Below, in pieces: positions 29,867-44,354 of a DNA stretch of 64,000 nucleotides (position 1 is the first letter of the stretch; each line of letters begins with the position of its first letter). The position numbers were made by a program, and so were the translations under genes. The notes under the pieces were generated by a model, which saw nothing but the letters and a program-made list of their open reading frames with translations, was not told where the DNA came from and did no database searches. Source of the stretch: Octopus vulgaris (lineage: Eukaryota); the NCBI GenBank assembly GCA_951406725.2, contig OX597816.1, positions 162,440,001 to 162,504,000 on the forward strand. Direction: 5' to 3'.

Positions 29867-30242
29867 TGGCACTCCGTCGGTTGCGACGACGAGCGTTCCA
29901 GTCGATTCAATCAACGGAACAGCCTGCTTGTGAAATTAACGTGCAAGTGGCTGAGCGCTCCACAGACACGTGTACCCTTAACGTAGTTCTCGGGGAGATT
30001 CAGCGTGACACAGAGTGTGACAAGGCTGGCCCTTTGAAATACATGTACAACAGAAACTGGAAGATAGAGTGAAAGTTGTGGGAGAAGAATAGAGCAGGGT
30101 TCGCCACCACCCCTGCTGAAGATTCGTAGAGCTTTGGGTGTTTTCGCTCAATAAACACTCACATTGCTCGGTCTGGGAATCGAAAGCTCGATCCTACGAC
30201 CAGGGGTCCGCTGCCCTAACCACTCGGCCATAGTGGCTCCAC
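29867..30242 (-). mobile_element. SINE family C, full length, with an imperfect TSD of about 14 bp
   Basis: Flanks are GATAAATTGTATCG (29853-29866) and GATAAATTATATAG (30243-30256). Confidence 0.92.
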
Positions 30243-30289
30243 GATAAATTATATAGTGTATCAAAAGGTCAGTAGTTCGGATTATGGGG

Positions 30290-30460
30290 TGGGGGTTAAG
30301 TCGATTACATCAACCCTAGAATTCGACAGGTAATTATTCTATCGACCTCCCCGAGAAGATGAAAGATGAAATTAACCTCGGCAGAATTTGACCTCAGAAT
30401 GTAAAGACGGGACGAAATGTCGCTAAGCATTTTGTCTGGCATGCTAAGGATTTTCTGCCA
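30290..30460 (-). mobile_element. SINE family B, diverged
   Basis: AAGTCGATTACATCAACCC...CCTCGGCAGAATTTGACCTCAGAATG. Confidence 0.75.
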
Positions 30461-30637
30461 TCTTTTATTTTTGATCTTCTATATAAATGAAGGTATTTCC
30501 TCCATCTGGCTGCTTTTCTTTTCTCCAAAATGGGAAGTTACATTGCGGAACTGTTATTTTAATGAGTTGTATTTATTTATCAGCCGACGAGATACATATG
30601 CTCCGCCGGATGCCCCTGAACCAGTTGTTGAGTGTTC

Positions 30638-30682
30638 CACCCATGAGGGATCGATGCTAGATGTATCGAAACAATTGTCGTG
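30638..30682 (+). ncRNA. Degenerate Penelope-type minimal hammerhead
   Basis: CAC-CCATGA...GATGC(TAGAT)GTATC-GAAAC-AATT-GTC-GTG, then AATAAA. Palindromic stem III loop; 5' core damaged. Confidence 0.45.
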
Positions 30683-30744
30683 ATTAATAATAAATTCTCG
30701 TATATTCCATCTTCCGTCTTTCATTTCACGCATACACATATATA

Positions 30745-30968
30745 TATTTCTTTACTACCCACAAGGGGCTAAACACAGAGGGGACAAACAAGGACAGACA
30801 AAGGGATTAAGTCGACTACATCGACCCCAGTGCGTAACTGGTACTTAATTTATCGACCCCGAAAGGATGAAAGGCAAAGTCGACCTCGGCGGAATTTGAA
30901 CTCGGAACGTAACGACAGACGAAATACGGCTACGAATTTCGCCCGGCGTGCTAACGTTTCTACCAGCA
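30745..30968 (-). mobile_element. SINE family B, full length
   Basis: Near-identical to 5378-5612. Confidence 0.92.
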
Positions 30969-31453
30969 CGCATACACATATATAGAAGTGTAAATACGCA
31001 CACACACACACACACACACAAGCATGTATGTGTGTGCATGTGTGTGTATAACTTTAAACATACGTAATAGCACATTATTAATGTTGTCCAATTTCTTCAT
31101 ACATAACCCGAGTCTTGCTTCAGTGTATAATTTGGTCGGCATTTTGAGAAGGTAGCTTTATACGTAAATGGCGCGTTGTGAGTGAGTGAGTGTAACAGTT
31201 CTTATGCATGTATGCATGGACTATATACGTATATGCGTGGATTTGGTGGCTGTTTCAGTGTACGTCTATACACGGATGTATAAGGAATAATGATTTCCAA
31301 TGATTTCCTTAATGTTATTAATGAATGTCTAATACCGTGTTGGCTCCAAGCCAAAGTTTATCTGATCAGTTTGACGATGATATCACCGTTATCATTGATA
31401 TAGCTTCGCCGATTCCTCTCATACCAAACTTTTATTTCCCTAGTCATCCATAG

Positions 31454-31591
<138 letters not shown>

Positions 31592-31677
31592 TCATTTAAC
31601 TACGTATTTGTCATGTATGTACGCATGTTTATATATATATATATATAGCAAGCTAGATAGATAGCTAGCTAGCTAGC

Positions 31678-31715
<38 letters not shown>

Positions 31716-31973
31716 CAGAGACAGAGAGAGAGAGAGAAAGCGAGAAGAGGGAGAGTGAAGTTGCTTTTTCTCAGTGTGTTTGTATATGCGGTTGTCTTGC
31801 GCTTCTGAATACGTATTTGCAATATAACGATATAATAATAATATTATTACATTGTAATTATGTAATGATAATAATGACGATGACGACGATGACAATGAAA
31901 GTGATGATAATGATGATGATGACAACAACAACAGCAATAATAATAAAATATATATCTATATATCTATATATAT

Positions 31974-32006
<33 letters not shown>

Positions 32007-32129
32007 TTGTGTGTGTGTATGTGTGTGTGTTTGCGTGCGTGGGTGTGTGCAAACACGGTATCTTTAAGATAGTATGTACATCGTAATATTTCATTGATAT
32101 CAATTTATCATTTTCGAGAGAGTCGACGT

Positions 32130-32470
32130 ATTAACATATCGCATGGCGAGAACTCGCCAGCTCTCGTCGTCCTCGCAGCAGAAACCGTTCTAAGCCACAG
32201 TCATCTAGTTCTGCTCCAACGGTTTACAATCTCTGCTGGTACCATGCCACATTTAAGGACAAAGCCCGTCGATGCATCCAGCCCTGTTCGGTTAAGCTGG
32301 CGGGAAACTAGTTGCGGGAGATTTGGGCACGTCAGTTTCTTCCCAGCAATTTTTCATCTCATTGTGCATTCTTTGTTAAGGATCGGGTGTCTAGCGAATC
32401 GTTCATGGTTGACACTGGATCCAGCTGTTCTGCTTGGCTTTTGAGTCTTACTTCAGACAAGCCGAAGCAA
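32130..32470 (+). mobile_element. Ty3/Gypsy (CsRN1-like) gag C-terminus + aspartic protease fragment
   Basis: SRRPRSRNRS...LCWYHATFKDKARRCIQPCSVKLAGN* (CHCC-type gag end), followed in the same frame by FFVKDRVSSESFMVDTGSSCS (DTG at 32411-32419). Confidence 0.85.
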
Positions 32471-32694
32471 GCCGAGCAATCTAGAGTGCATATGTGTAAG
32501 TATCCATAAGGTATGCATAGAAAAAAACGCTTGCAAGGCATGCAATATGAAGTATAGTCGAGTGACGATTGCGGAATACCTAAAATACAGCTATGAAATG
32601 TAATTATGTTCAAGGACATGCATTTAAAGGGTAATGAAAAATTACTGCATAAATTATGCCAATAAACTTTAATACACACACACACATGTGTATA

Positions 32695-33109
32695 CTCTTT
32701 TTTACTCTTTTACTTGTTTCAGTCATTTGAACTGCGGTCATGCTGGAACACCGCCTTTAATCGAGCAACTCGACCCCGGGACTTATTCTTTTTGTAAGCC
32801 CAGTACTTATTCTATCGGTCTCTTTTGGCGAACCGCTAAGTAACGGGGACATAAACACACCAGCATCGGTTGTCAAGCAATGCTAGGGGGACAAACGAGA
32901 CACACAAACCCATCCACACACACACACATATATATATATACATATATACAACAGGCTTCTTTCAGTTTGTCTACCAAATCCACTCACAAGGCATTGGTCG
33001 GCCCGGGGCTACAGCAGAAGACACTTGCCCAAGATGCCATGCAGTGGGACTGAACCCGGAACCATGTGTCTGGTTAGCAAGCTACTTACCACACAGCCAC
33101 TCCTGCGCC
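32695..33109 (-). mobile_element. SINE family A, full length
   Basis: Reverse complement of 26384-26787. Confidence 0.93.
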
Positions 33110-33130
33110 TATACATATATAAATATATAA

Positions 33131-33578
33131 AAATGGAACAAAAACGCAATAGAGTATAATAAAACTTTCGGATAGACGATACAAAGGCGGACAGGAGAAA
33201 CAATTAGAAGGACAGGGAAGAAAAGGACGGTTTATTCGTGGCCTGATTTCTTCAGTCAAGTTACCAGATGTCATTACCGTTTCGGGCAGTTACATTTGAG
33301 ACAGTTCGATCTTGTTGCCCCCAAAAAAGTCTAAGCTAAGAGCATTAGATTTTTTGTAAGAAAGCTAGCGAATGCGTAGGGTAACAGGGACAAAAAACGT
33401 TGTTTGTCCCTGTTGCCCGAAACGATAACCACATCTGGTTACTTGGCTAAATAAAGAAGGTCACGAATGACCCGTCCATTTTCCCCCCTGTACTTCTAAT
33501 GGTTGTTTCTCATGTCCACCTTCGTATCGTCTATCTGTCCGAATGTTTTATTGTCCTGTATTGCGTTTTTGATCCAGT
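33131..33578. repeat. Fold-back (head-to-head inverted) element, possibly Penelope-like termini
   Basis: 33131-33289 is the diverged reverse complement of 33413-33578. Central hairpin AACAGGGACAAA...TTTGTCCCTGTT at about 33383-33414. Confidence 0.75.
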
Positions 33579-33689
33579 ATTCGTTACTATACACAATGTC
33601 ATCGTAAATACCGTTTTCCGATGAAAAGCATACAACAGAGAAATATATAAAATTTAAAGAAGATTGTTGTAAGATAAAATATTCTTTTC

Positions 33690-33905
33690 TACAAATGGCA
33701 AAAATCCTGAAATTTCGGGTCGGCCTGTTAGTCGGTTACATCGCCCTCCACCCCGAATGCTCAAATGGTACTTATTCTATCGATCCCGAAAGGATAAAAA
33801 AACAAAGTAGACCTCGGCGAAATTTCTACTTGGAACGTTTAGACGGACGAAATTCTGCTAAGAATTTTTCCCGGCGCACTAACGATTCCGCCAGCTCGCC
33901 ACCGT
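33690..33905 (-). mobile_element. SINE family B, diverged
   Basis: GGTACTTATTCTATCGATCCCGAAAGGATAAA...CTAACGATTCCGCCAGCTCGCC. Confidence 0.75.
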
Positions 33906-34444
33906 TATACGATAAAATATTTCAAAACAGTCGTTAACAGAACGTGCATTTAATATCTTTAAAAAATGATAAATAAATGAGGAATATTGGCTGTAAAAGG
34001 ACAATAAAATAGAAACTGTAAGGATAAGAGCGAATCGTACTCCCAAAAAGGTTTCAACGCAAAACATTGTCAGGAAGTAAAACAGGCTTTAATCAAAATA
34101 TCATTAGTGTTAAGGAAACGGAAAGAAAACACACATTAATGATAATAAATATGTAACAGAAAAGTAAAGTAAACTTTGGAATGGCTTATAACACACAAGA
34201 ATGGCAAATGAAGTTGTAGCGATATTCGAACATGCAATACTCGCCAAATAGCAATTCAATGAGAGATGTCTTGAATTCGCTCATGCGCATAACCTGTAGT
34301 CAGGCCATGAATACTTCATTCGGTCGGGGACAGTATGAAATAGTTTACTTTATATCATTGCAAATACGGTATTGGAGGTCTGTAATAAACATGTTTTTTA
34401 AAAATAATATCAAAGATATGTGTGTGTATGTGTGTGTGTCTATA

Positions 34445-34482
34445 GGTGCAGGAGTAGCTGTAGGGTAAGTAGCTTGCTTACC
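34445..34482 (+). mobile_element. SINE A head, interrupted by insertion
   Basis: GGTGCAGGAGTAGCTGTAGGGTAAGTAGCTTGCTTACC. Confidence 0.85.
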
Positions 34483-35025
34483 TCTTGTATTGACAGTCCA
34501 GAGTTGCCTCCGCAAGTGGCTACTCTGGTACTGGGAGGAAAGGAATGTTTCCACTTAACAGACTCCTTTTCAAGGGAGGATTACAGATTTCTCCGTGGGG
34601 GCCCCGACTTGCTGGTGCAGGATTGCTTGAAGACCGTAAGAGAGTTAAGCGGGGATTAGTATGAGAGGTTTATTGCCTCAAGTATGTGTTAAATTTGTAA
34701 TGGACATTTTAGTCCAAATAAATTGTATGTATTGAAAAATTGTAAGAGGTTTGATACCTCAATGTATATGTTTTAATATTGAAGAATTTTAAGAGGGTTA
34801 ATACTTCAATATATGTTTAAATATTGAAAAATGTAAGAGGTTGAATACCTCAATATATGTTTATGAAAGAACAATGTTATAGAGAAGCAGTGGGTCGGCG
34901 GACGCTTTTTCTCTTCTCCAATCCTTATCATTCTCGTATCATCATCATTCATTTCATTAATGTTTTGTCCAGCCCGCAAAGCTACCTAATCTTTGTACTG
35001 TCTTTATCACAAATACAATAAAATA
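34483..35025 (+). mobile_element. 5'-truncated non-LTR-like insertion (ORF end, 3' UTR with about 45-bp tandem repeats, AATAAAATA) with 16-bp TSD
   Basis: AAGTAGCTTGCTTACC occurs at 34467-34482 and 35026-35041. Open frame ends at TAG 34659. Confidence 0.75.
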
Positions 35026-35041
35026 AAGTAGCTTGCTTACC

Positions 35042-35323
35042 TGGATTCCGGTTACCCAGAGTGCATTTGTTTTGTTGTTTGTGTGCGAGTCGGACGTTTT
35101 TTTTTTCTTTTGCTGCTTTGAGGGCAGACATAATGTACTCAGACTTTAGCGGGTCTGAGTTGTCTTCAACAGAGGAGGAGCTGGTAAGGGCGGTCATAAA
35201 GATGGACGGAGTGTTGGAAAAGGCAAGGAGTTTTGCTGAGACCACGGAGATGAAGCGAAGGGTGTTGGACTTGGCTGGTCTGAAGGAATATGAGAAGATG
35301 GTACAGAAGGTGGGAGGCGACGT
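35042..35323 (+). mobile_element. 5' end of a second element: 5' UTR + ORF1-like start (MYSDFSGSELSSTEEELVRAVIKMDG...), truncated into the SINE A tail
   Basis: GC-richer open frame from ATG at about 35133. Joins GGTCACAGTTTAATGAGTGAAACAAGTAAAAGA (family A tail, about 35324-35358). Confidence 0.55.
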
Positions 35324-36016
35324 GCGGTCACAGTTTAATGAGTGAAACAAGTAAAAGATGAAACATAAAATATAAAAGAATGCACAGATGGATAAACAAG
35401 AAAAACCCAAAATCCCAAACTACAATGTTTGACACTGAGCCAGGGTTTTGAAGATGAGGGATCAATAAAAATGGACGGATTTTGACTGGATTGCTCTTCT
35501 CGTTGCATAGCGGTATTTGCTTCGGTTCGTTGCATTCCTAGAGCAAGAGTACTAATATAAATATTTATACAAAAAATGCATGGTCTGGCAGAAATGCATG
35601 GTCTGGCAGGAGATAGACAAAGTGGGTTTATAGCAATATATAATAACATACTATATGCTAACTGAATTAAAGAGTATACTTTTAGATATCTGTACGTGTA
35701 TGCGTATGTGTATTTAGAAGTGTGTACCTTTCTATATATGCATGTGTATGTAAGCATAAATAAACATATATGTGCAAACACACGCACATACACATAAGAT
35801 TTACACACACTGACATGCGTACACACACGAAAAGACACACGCACAAACACACACACACAAACACATATGTTGGAAGATAACATATTTATCGGGACACAAT
35901 TGTATTTCTGAAAACGGGTTCTATTTATGAAGATACAAACACAAACCGTCGCCAGCCGATTCGGTTTGTGTCTGGCTCTTGCTTTTTCTCCATTTTTCTC
36001 CATGTGTGTATGCGTC

Positions 36017-36084
<68 letters not shown>

Positions 36085-36532
36085 AACGCATATATATGTA
36101 TCTGTGTATATACATACTTATACACACAGATTTCGAGATAGAGAGCACGAGACGTATGTAAGATGTATTATTAGAGGGAGATACAAAGGGAGAACAAAAG
36201 CTTTTTCCCTATCAGATTGTTTGGTTGGCGGCTAACTGTGACATAGAAGCTACTGATAAAGAGCATGTTGAAAACATTACACACCAGTCACACCTTATCG
36301 CTTTGTTTTGTGTTCGCCTGTGAAATTCTGTACGTCATTATACACACATACACACGGCCACTCACACACACACACACACATGCATACATACATACATACA
36401 TACATGCATACATACATACATACATACATACATACATACATACATACATGATATATATGTCAGTCTGTATGTGTCTGTGTGTGCATGTACATATATATAT
36501 ATATACGTATAAATATATATGTATATATATAT

Positions 36533-36641
<109 letters not shown>

Positions 36642-36748
36642 GCATATATATAAGTATATATGCACATATCAGTGTACGCAAGGATATATACATATATATA
36701 TATATTTATATATATATATATGTGTGTGTGTGTTTGTGTGTATGTATT

Positions 36749-36784
<36 letters not shown>

Positions 36785-36880
36785 CATTTACATACTTGTG
36801 TGTGTGTGTCTGTGTGTTTATGCACATATGCATACATACATGTATGTTTTAATGCATATAGATAAATAGCTATATGTATG

Positions 36881-36951
<71 letters not shown>

Positions 36952-37969
36952 TTATGTATATTTTAAAGTAATTCTGTCTAACTTCCTATACCCACACACA
37001 CACACATACATACACACACATGTATATACATATGCATGTGAAAATATGAGTGAATATGCATGTGTGTGTATCTGTTTGCATGTTTAAAGATGTGTATATA
37101 TGCGTATGCATGGATTTCGGGATCTAAGTGTGTATATGTGTGGGCATGTTTGTGTTTACTCTTATGTAATGGTGTGTTGGTATTTGGTATGTAAAAGATT
37201 ACATATGTGTGTGTGTATGTGCATGTTCCTTCGTGTACGTTTGTGTATATAAGAGCTTATTTGCGCTTGTTCGCGTGCGTGTGATTCATATGTGCATTTG
37301 GGTGTATGTGTGTCAACATTTGTTTGTGTGCATGTATATATAGGCGCACGTGTGCTTGTATATATATATGAGCACGCCATTCTATGTATTTGCGTGAGTG
37401 CGTACATGTATCTACGTGTGTGTGTGTGTGTGTACGCTTATATAGTGTATGTTTATATGTGTGTATGTGTGTGTTAGTCTGTTGCTTTACAAATCAAAGA
37501 AGCCATGAATCGTATTGTGAACACCTTGCCCTGTTATGTGTGTATCTGCTTACGCATCTATGTATGTGTGTATGCATGTATGTATGTATATATGTATGCA
37601 TGTATGTATGTGTGTGTGTGCATGTAGTTATGTAAGCGTTTGTTTTTGCTTGTGTGTGTATGTGTGTATGTGTGTATATGTGTATGTGCATCTGTGGTAT
37701 TGCTTGTGTTGGTGTGTATGTTCACGGCATATTCCTGTATACAGGTTGCTGGAAATGAGAAGTGAGTATGCAAATAAGTTTATTTACACACACACACACA
37801 TACACACACATGCACACATCTATATATACATATGTGTGCATGTGCGTGTTCAGATGTTAAATACAAACATATATATGTATACATATGTATATATATATAT
37901 ATACACACATGTGCACACATATAAGCATATATATGTATGTGTACGTCTGTGGAGCATTATATTGCATAC

Positions 37970-38007
<38 letters not shown>

Positions 38008-38298
38008 ATGTGTGTTTGTATGTATGTATATATGTATGTATGAATATATATATGTACATATAAGTATATATATATATGTGTGTATATATATATATATATA
38101 TAAAGTACCTTGTGTATATATAATATATATGTATATGTACAGGTATATATGTGTATGTGTGCGTGTGTATACGTATGTGTGTGTGTGTGTGTGTGTGTGT
38201 TTGTGTGTAGAGTGTTTGATTTTATATGAATATTTGTTAGTGCGTGTGTATACGTAGTTTGTATGCACGAGAGACAGAAACACAAATAAAAGAGATGA

Positions 38299-38342
<44 letters not shown>

Positions 38343-38359
38343 GGAGAAACAGAAGAACC

Positions 38360-38409
<50 letters not shown>

Positions 38410-39297
38410 TGTAATGTGAGAATGGATGTGTGTTAGGTTTGCTTGTGTGGTGTTGTCAATGAGATGAGCTGATAAATATCCTTCAGCTATGAGTTCATAG
38501 AACATGAAGTGTAATCAAGCCGAAAGAACCGATTCTTTACTGCAGATCTCATCTGGTATTTGGCAACGAATCACTAGTATCTCGTGTTCTGCTCCAGCCT
38601 TTTTCTTCTTCATCATATTCTTGTTGTTCTTGTTGCACGTCTATATTTTGTTATGCTTGTTTGTTATTTTTTGCTAGATTTTTTTATGCTGTGTGGTGTA
38701 TCACACCGCCTTTCATTTTAGTTTATATATGTGGTTGTATGTGTGTGTTTGTGTATATGTGTGTGGGATGTATTTGTTTGTGTTTTGTTCGGTGCTGCTT
38801 TTTTTTATACTTTTCGTCTTATGAAGGTAGGCATGTATACTTTGAACATTTCAAATTCCCAAACGATGAAGAGGACAAAATAAATTTTAAAAAATAACAA
38901 ATAAATAGAGTGAGAGATTTTTGAATTTCATTGGAGCTGACCGTAAACAAGTGTACCTTGATCAACACACTCTTGTATATGCTTTGTGTGTGCGTGTGTC
39001 CGTATGTGTGTGTGTGTGTGAGATCGTGATTGTATATATATATATATACATATATACATATATACACATACGCATGTGTGAAAAGTGTATGTGTGCGTAT
39101 ACACATACACACATGTATATATATATATATATACGTGTGCGTGTATGTGTGTATGTAGCTACACTTATATGTGTTTATATATGCATACAAACTTACATAT
39201 ATATATATATATAATTTCTGATTATCTTCACTCAAAACGACAACGACGACGACCATAATGATGATGGTGACGATGATGATGACGACGACGACGACGG

Positions 39298-39335
<38 letters not shown>

Positions 39336-39835
39336 TTCATGACAACGATGATGATGATGATGTTGATGATGATGATGGTGATGATGACGATGATGATTTT
39401 AATGATGAGGATGGTGGTGATGATGATGATGATGGTGATGGTGATGATGATTATGATGACGATGACGATAATGATGACGATGGAATTAAAGAATAGAAAT
39501 AATGCACATGATAAAGTGAAGCTGATGTAACATGCAAACACTATCCGACACTTGCACAACGCAATGCTGTACATAACCGCAAATACAGGGACATTCACCC
39601 GCTAGTGCAGTAGCGTCTCACATGGACATGTCGAAAGCAGAAGCTAACAGCAACAACAACTGCAACAACAGCATCAACAACAACAACAACAACTACAACA
39701 ACAATTATAATCACGGCCAGAATCACCAGGAAAGTATTAGATAGTTGGATAGAGCTGATAGCGGGGTACCATAGCCTGCAGATAGCAAGCCCGGTACACA
39801 TTCAAGACTCTAAGAGCAAAAGAACAACGTGAGTT

Positions 39836-39867
39836 AATAATGATAATAATAATAATAATATTATTAT

Positions 39868-39944
<77 letters not shown>

Positions 39945-39991
39945 CAATAATAATAATAATAATAATAATAGTAATAATAATAATAATGATG

Positions 39992-40022
<31 letters not shown>

Positions 40023-40075
40023 TGATGATGATGATAATAATAATAATAATAATAATAATAGTAATAATAACAACA

Positions 40076-40141
<66 letters not shown>

Positions 40142-40146
40142 TGATG

Positions 40147-40216
<70 letters not shown>
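39836..40216 (+). repeat. (TAA)n array with TGA/CAA variants
   Basis: Direct reading. Confidence 0.95.
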
Positions 40217-40217
<1 letters not shown>

Positions 40218-40659
40218 TCTGCTCAATACCACAGATTTGCTTGTCAGTTGTTTGACCTTAACCAGTTGAGCATGTCCCTTAGTGGCTGACGATATGTGCA
40301 TCTCTGATCACGAGCAGAAGTAGTGGGGGAGCATCATAGCCATGTGTTGAGAGGGATTCTTTGGGGTTTGAATAGTTCACCTCTGGAAACATGGGTGGTT
40401 CTTTCAACATCCTTAAACAACCCTTATTCAGGGACCGTTTGAGCGGGATGGGCTACTCAACCTGAAGAAAATTCTAACTGGGCCCCACCTGCAAGGTCAT
40501 GTGCTGTTTATCTTGATATGAGATCACCATGTCGCGCACATATGGTTGTGATGCATGTGCCTGGTGTACCTTTATCAGACGGGTAGTCATGATGGGTATA
40601 TTGGGCTTCGTATATTTTACCCCAGTGTCACTTTGATGGCATGCACTGCTCTCTCACTC
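40216..40659 (+). mobile_element. Family E copy in a TAA array
   Basis: Near-identical to 15493-15936. Confidence 0.88.
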
Positions 40660-40748
<89 letters not shown>

Positions 40749-41091
40749 GGCATCTCAAGGCGGTTACAATACCAGTGATCGTAGGAGCACTAGGAATGAT
40801 GAAGAAGGGAACCGAAAATTGTATGAGAATGATCTCTGGCTTACCATCCCTGCAAGAAGTGCAAAAGATTGTCTTAACTGGTACATCACACGTATTGAGA
40901 AGAGCATTGTCGATGTGAGAACTATTACTACCTATGTATTTTAATTTAACTTTAAAAAATAAATAAAATAAAATAACGAACTAGTGAGTTTAATTTAATG
41001 GCCTACCAATGTATACTATGAGTTTCTTTGCCCTAGGAGTCGGGAAGACACTCGGCAAGAAATGGAAGCAAATTTAAAAGAAGAAAAAAAA
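40749..41091 (+). mobile_element. R4/Dong 3' end, family F (ORF C-terminus + 3' UTR)
   Basis: HLKAVTIPVIVGALGMMKKG...LQEVQKIVLTGTSHVLRRALSM*; copy at 58478-58799. Confidence 0.88.
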
Positions 41092-41118
41092 ATAATAATA
41101 GCAATAATAATAACAACA

Positions 41119-41193
<75 letters not shown>

Positions 41194-41211
41194 TAATAAT
41201 AATAATAAGTT

Positions 41212-43265
<2,054 letters not shown>

Positions 43266-43506
43266 CATAATAATAATAGAAACAAAAGAGAAGAGTGCCA
43301 TTGTTATCAAGTGAATGATATTTTGACATCTCGTGTGTCTTCTTCAGGTTCAAAAAATGAACTTGTCAATCAGCTTCATTTTGGCAATGTTTAACAAAAA
43401 AAAGGCGTTGTTATCAAGTGAACCTTTTTTGCTTCTATACCTTCTGGAAGAGTAACATCAATCCAATAAATAATAATAATAATAATAATAAATAACAAAA
43501 ATAATA

Positions 43507-43757
43507 AATGCGCCCTTTTAAAAGCCTAGCTATGCTCATGCGCGCGGTATCCCGGTTTCTATGGCGAATGTGTTCCCCAGCTGGACGGGACGCCAGTCCA
43601 TCGAAGCATTACTCATTTTTGCCAGCTGAGGGGACTGGAGCAACGTGAAATGAGGTGTTTTGCTCAAGAACACAACGCGTCGTCCGGTCCAGGAATGGAA
43701 ACCACAATCTTACGATCATGGTGCTGACACTCTAACCACTAAGCCACGCGCCTCCAC
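43507..43757 (-). mobile_element. tRNA-derived SINE family D, full length
   Basis: Minus strand GTGGAGGCGCGTGGCTTAGTGGTTAG...GGTTTCCATTCC...GTTCTTGAGCAAAACAC.TCATTTCACGTTGCTCCAG. Confidence 0.88.
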
Positions 43758-43859
43758 AGATAATAATAATGATGATGATGATAATCTGTCCTCAAATGAA
43801 AAGATAAAACAAATAAAAAATATAAACAAACAAACCAGCTTCCAAGATTCTGAGAAGAA

Positions 43860-44228
43860 ATAGGAGTAAAAATCATTGCATGGCACTGTCTACGGCAACA
43901 GGCAAACAACTGGATGTTATAGCAGGTTTTAAAATACGAAGGTACCCAAAGTTGCACTAAGAGATAAATATCCCATAATACTCCTCTGAGAAATGCATCT
44001 AACCGAACAAATAATGTGTACCTAACTGACGATATAAGACAAATATAAAGAAACAGAGCCAAACAGACAAGCCTGTAATATATTAACGAAAAATGAAGGC
44101 AAATAATCCATCAGAACCAAGGACTCTGATATCGACCAGACACTCAGCCATCAGCAGTTTGCATGATCTGATCTTTAGTCGAAACCTGAAGGGTATATAA
44201 TTGCTGCACAGAATCAGAGCCTTCTAGC
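43860..44228 (+). mobile_element. Highly decayed R4/Dong fragment
   Basis: EGYIIAAQNQSL motif at about 44188-44225; upstream extent uncertain. Confidence 0.45.
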
Positions 44229-44300
44229 GCGCGAGCTCACACACACATACGTATGTATGTATACATGTATATATATACACACACACACAGGCTTATGCGC

Positions 44301-44354
<54 letters not shown>

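Noticed and set aside
34660-34865. CRISPR-like repeat array
   Set aside because: Units are contiguous tandem repeats without unique spacers, there are no cas genes, and the context is eukaryotic.
35030-35046. U1 snRNA 5' end (CTTACCTGG)
   Set aside because: The match is only about 9 nt, formed by the SINE target plus junction; no U1 body follows.
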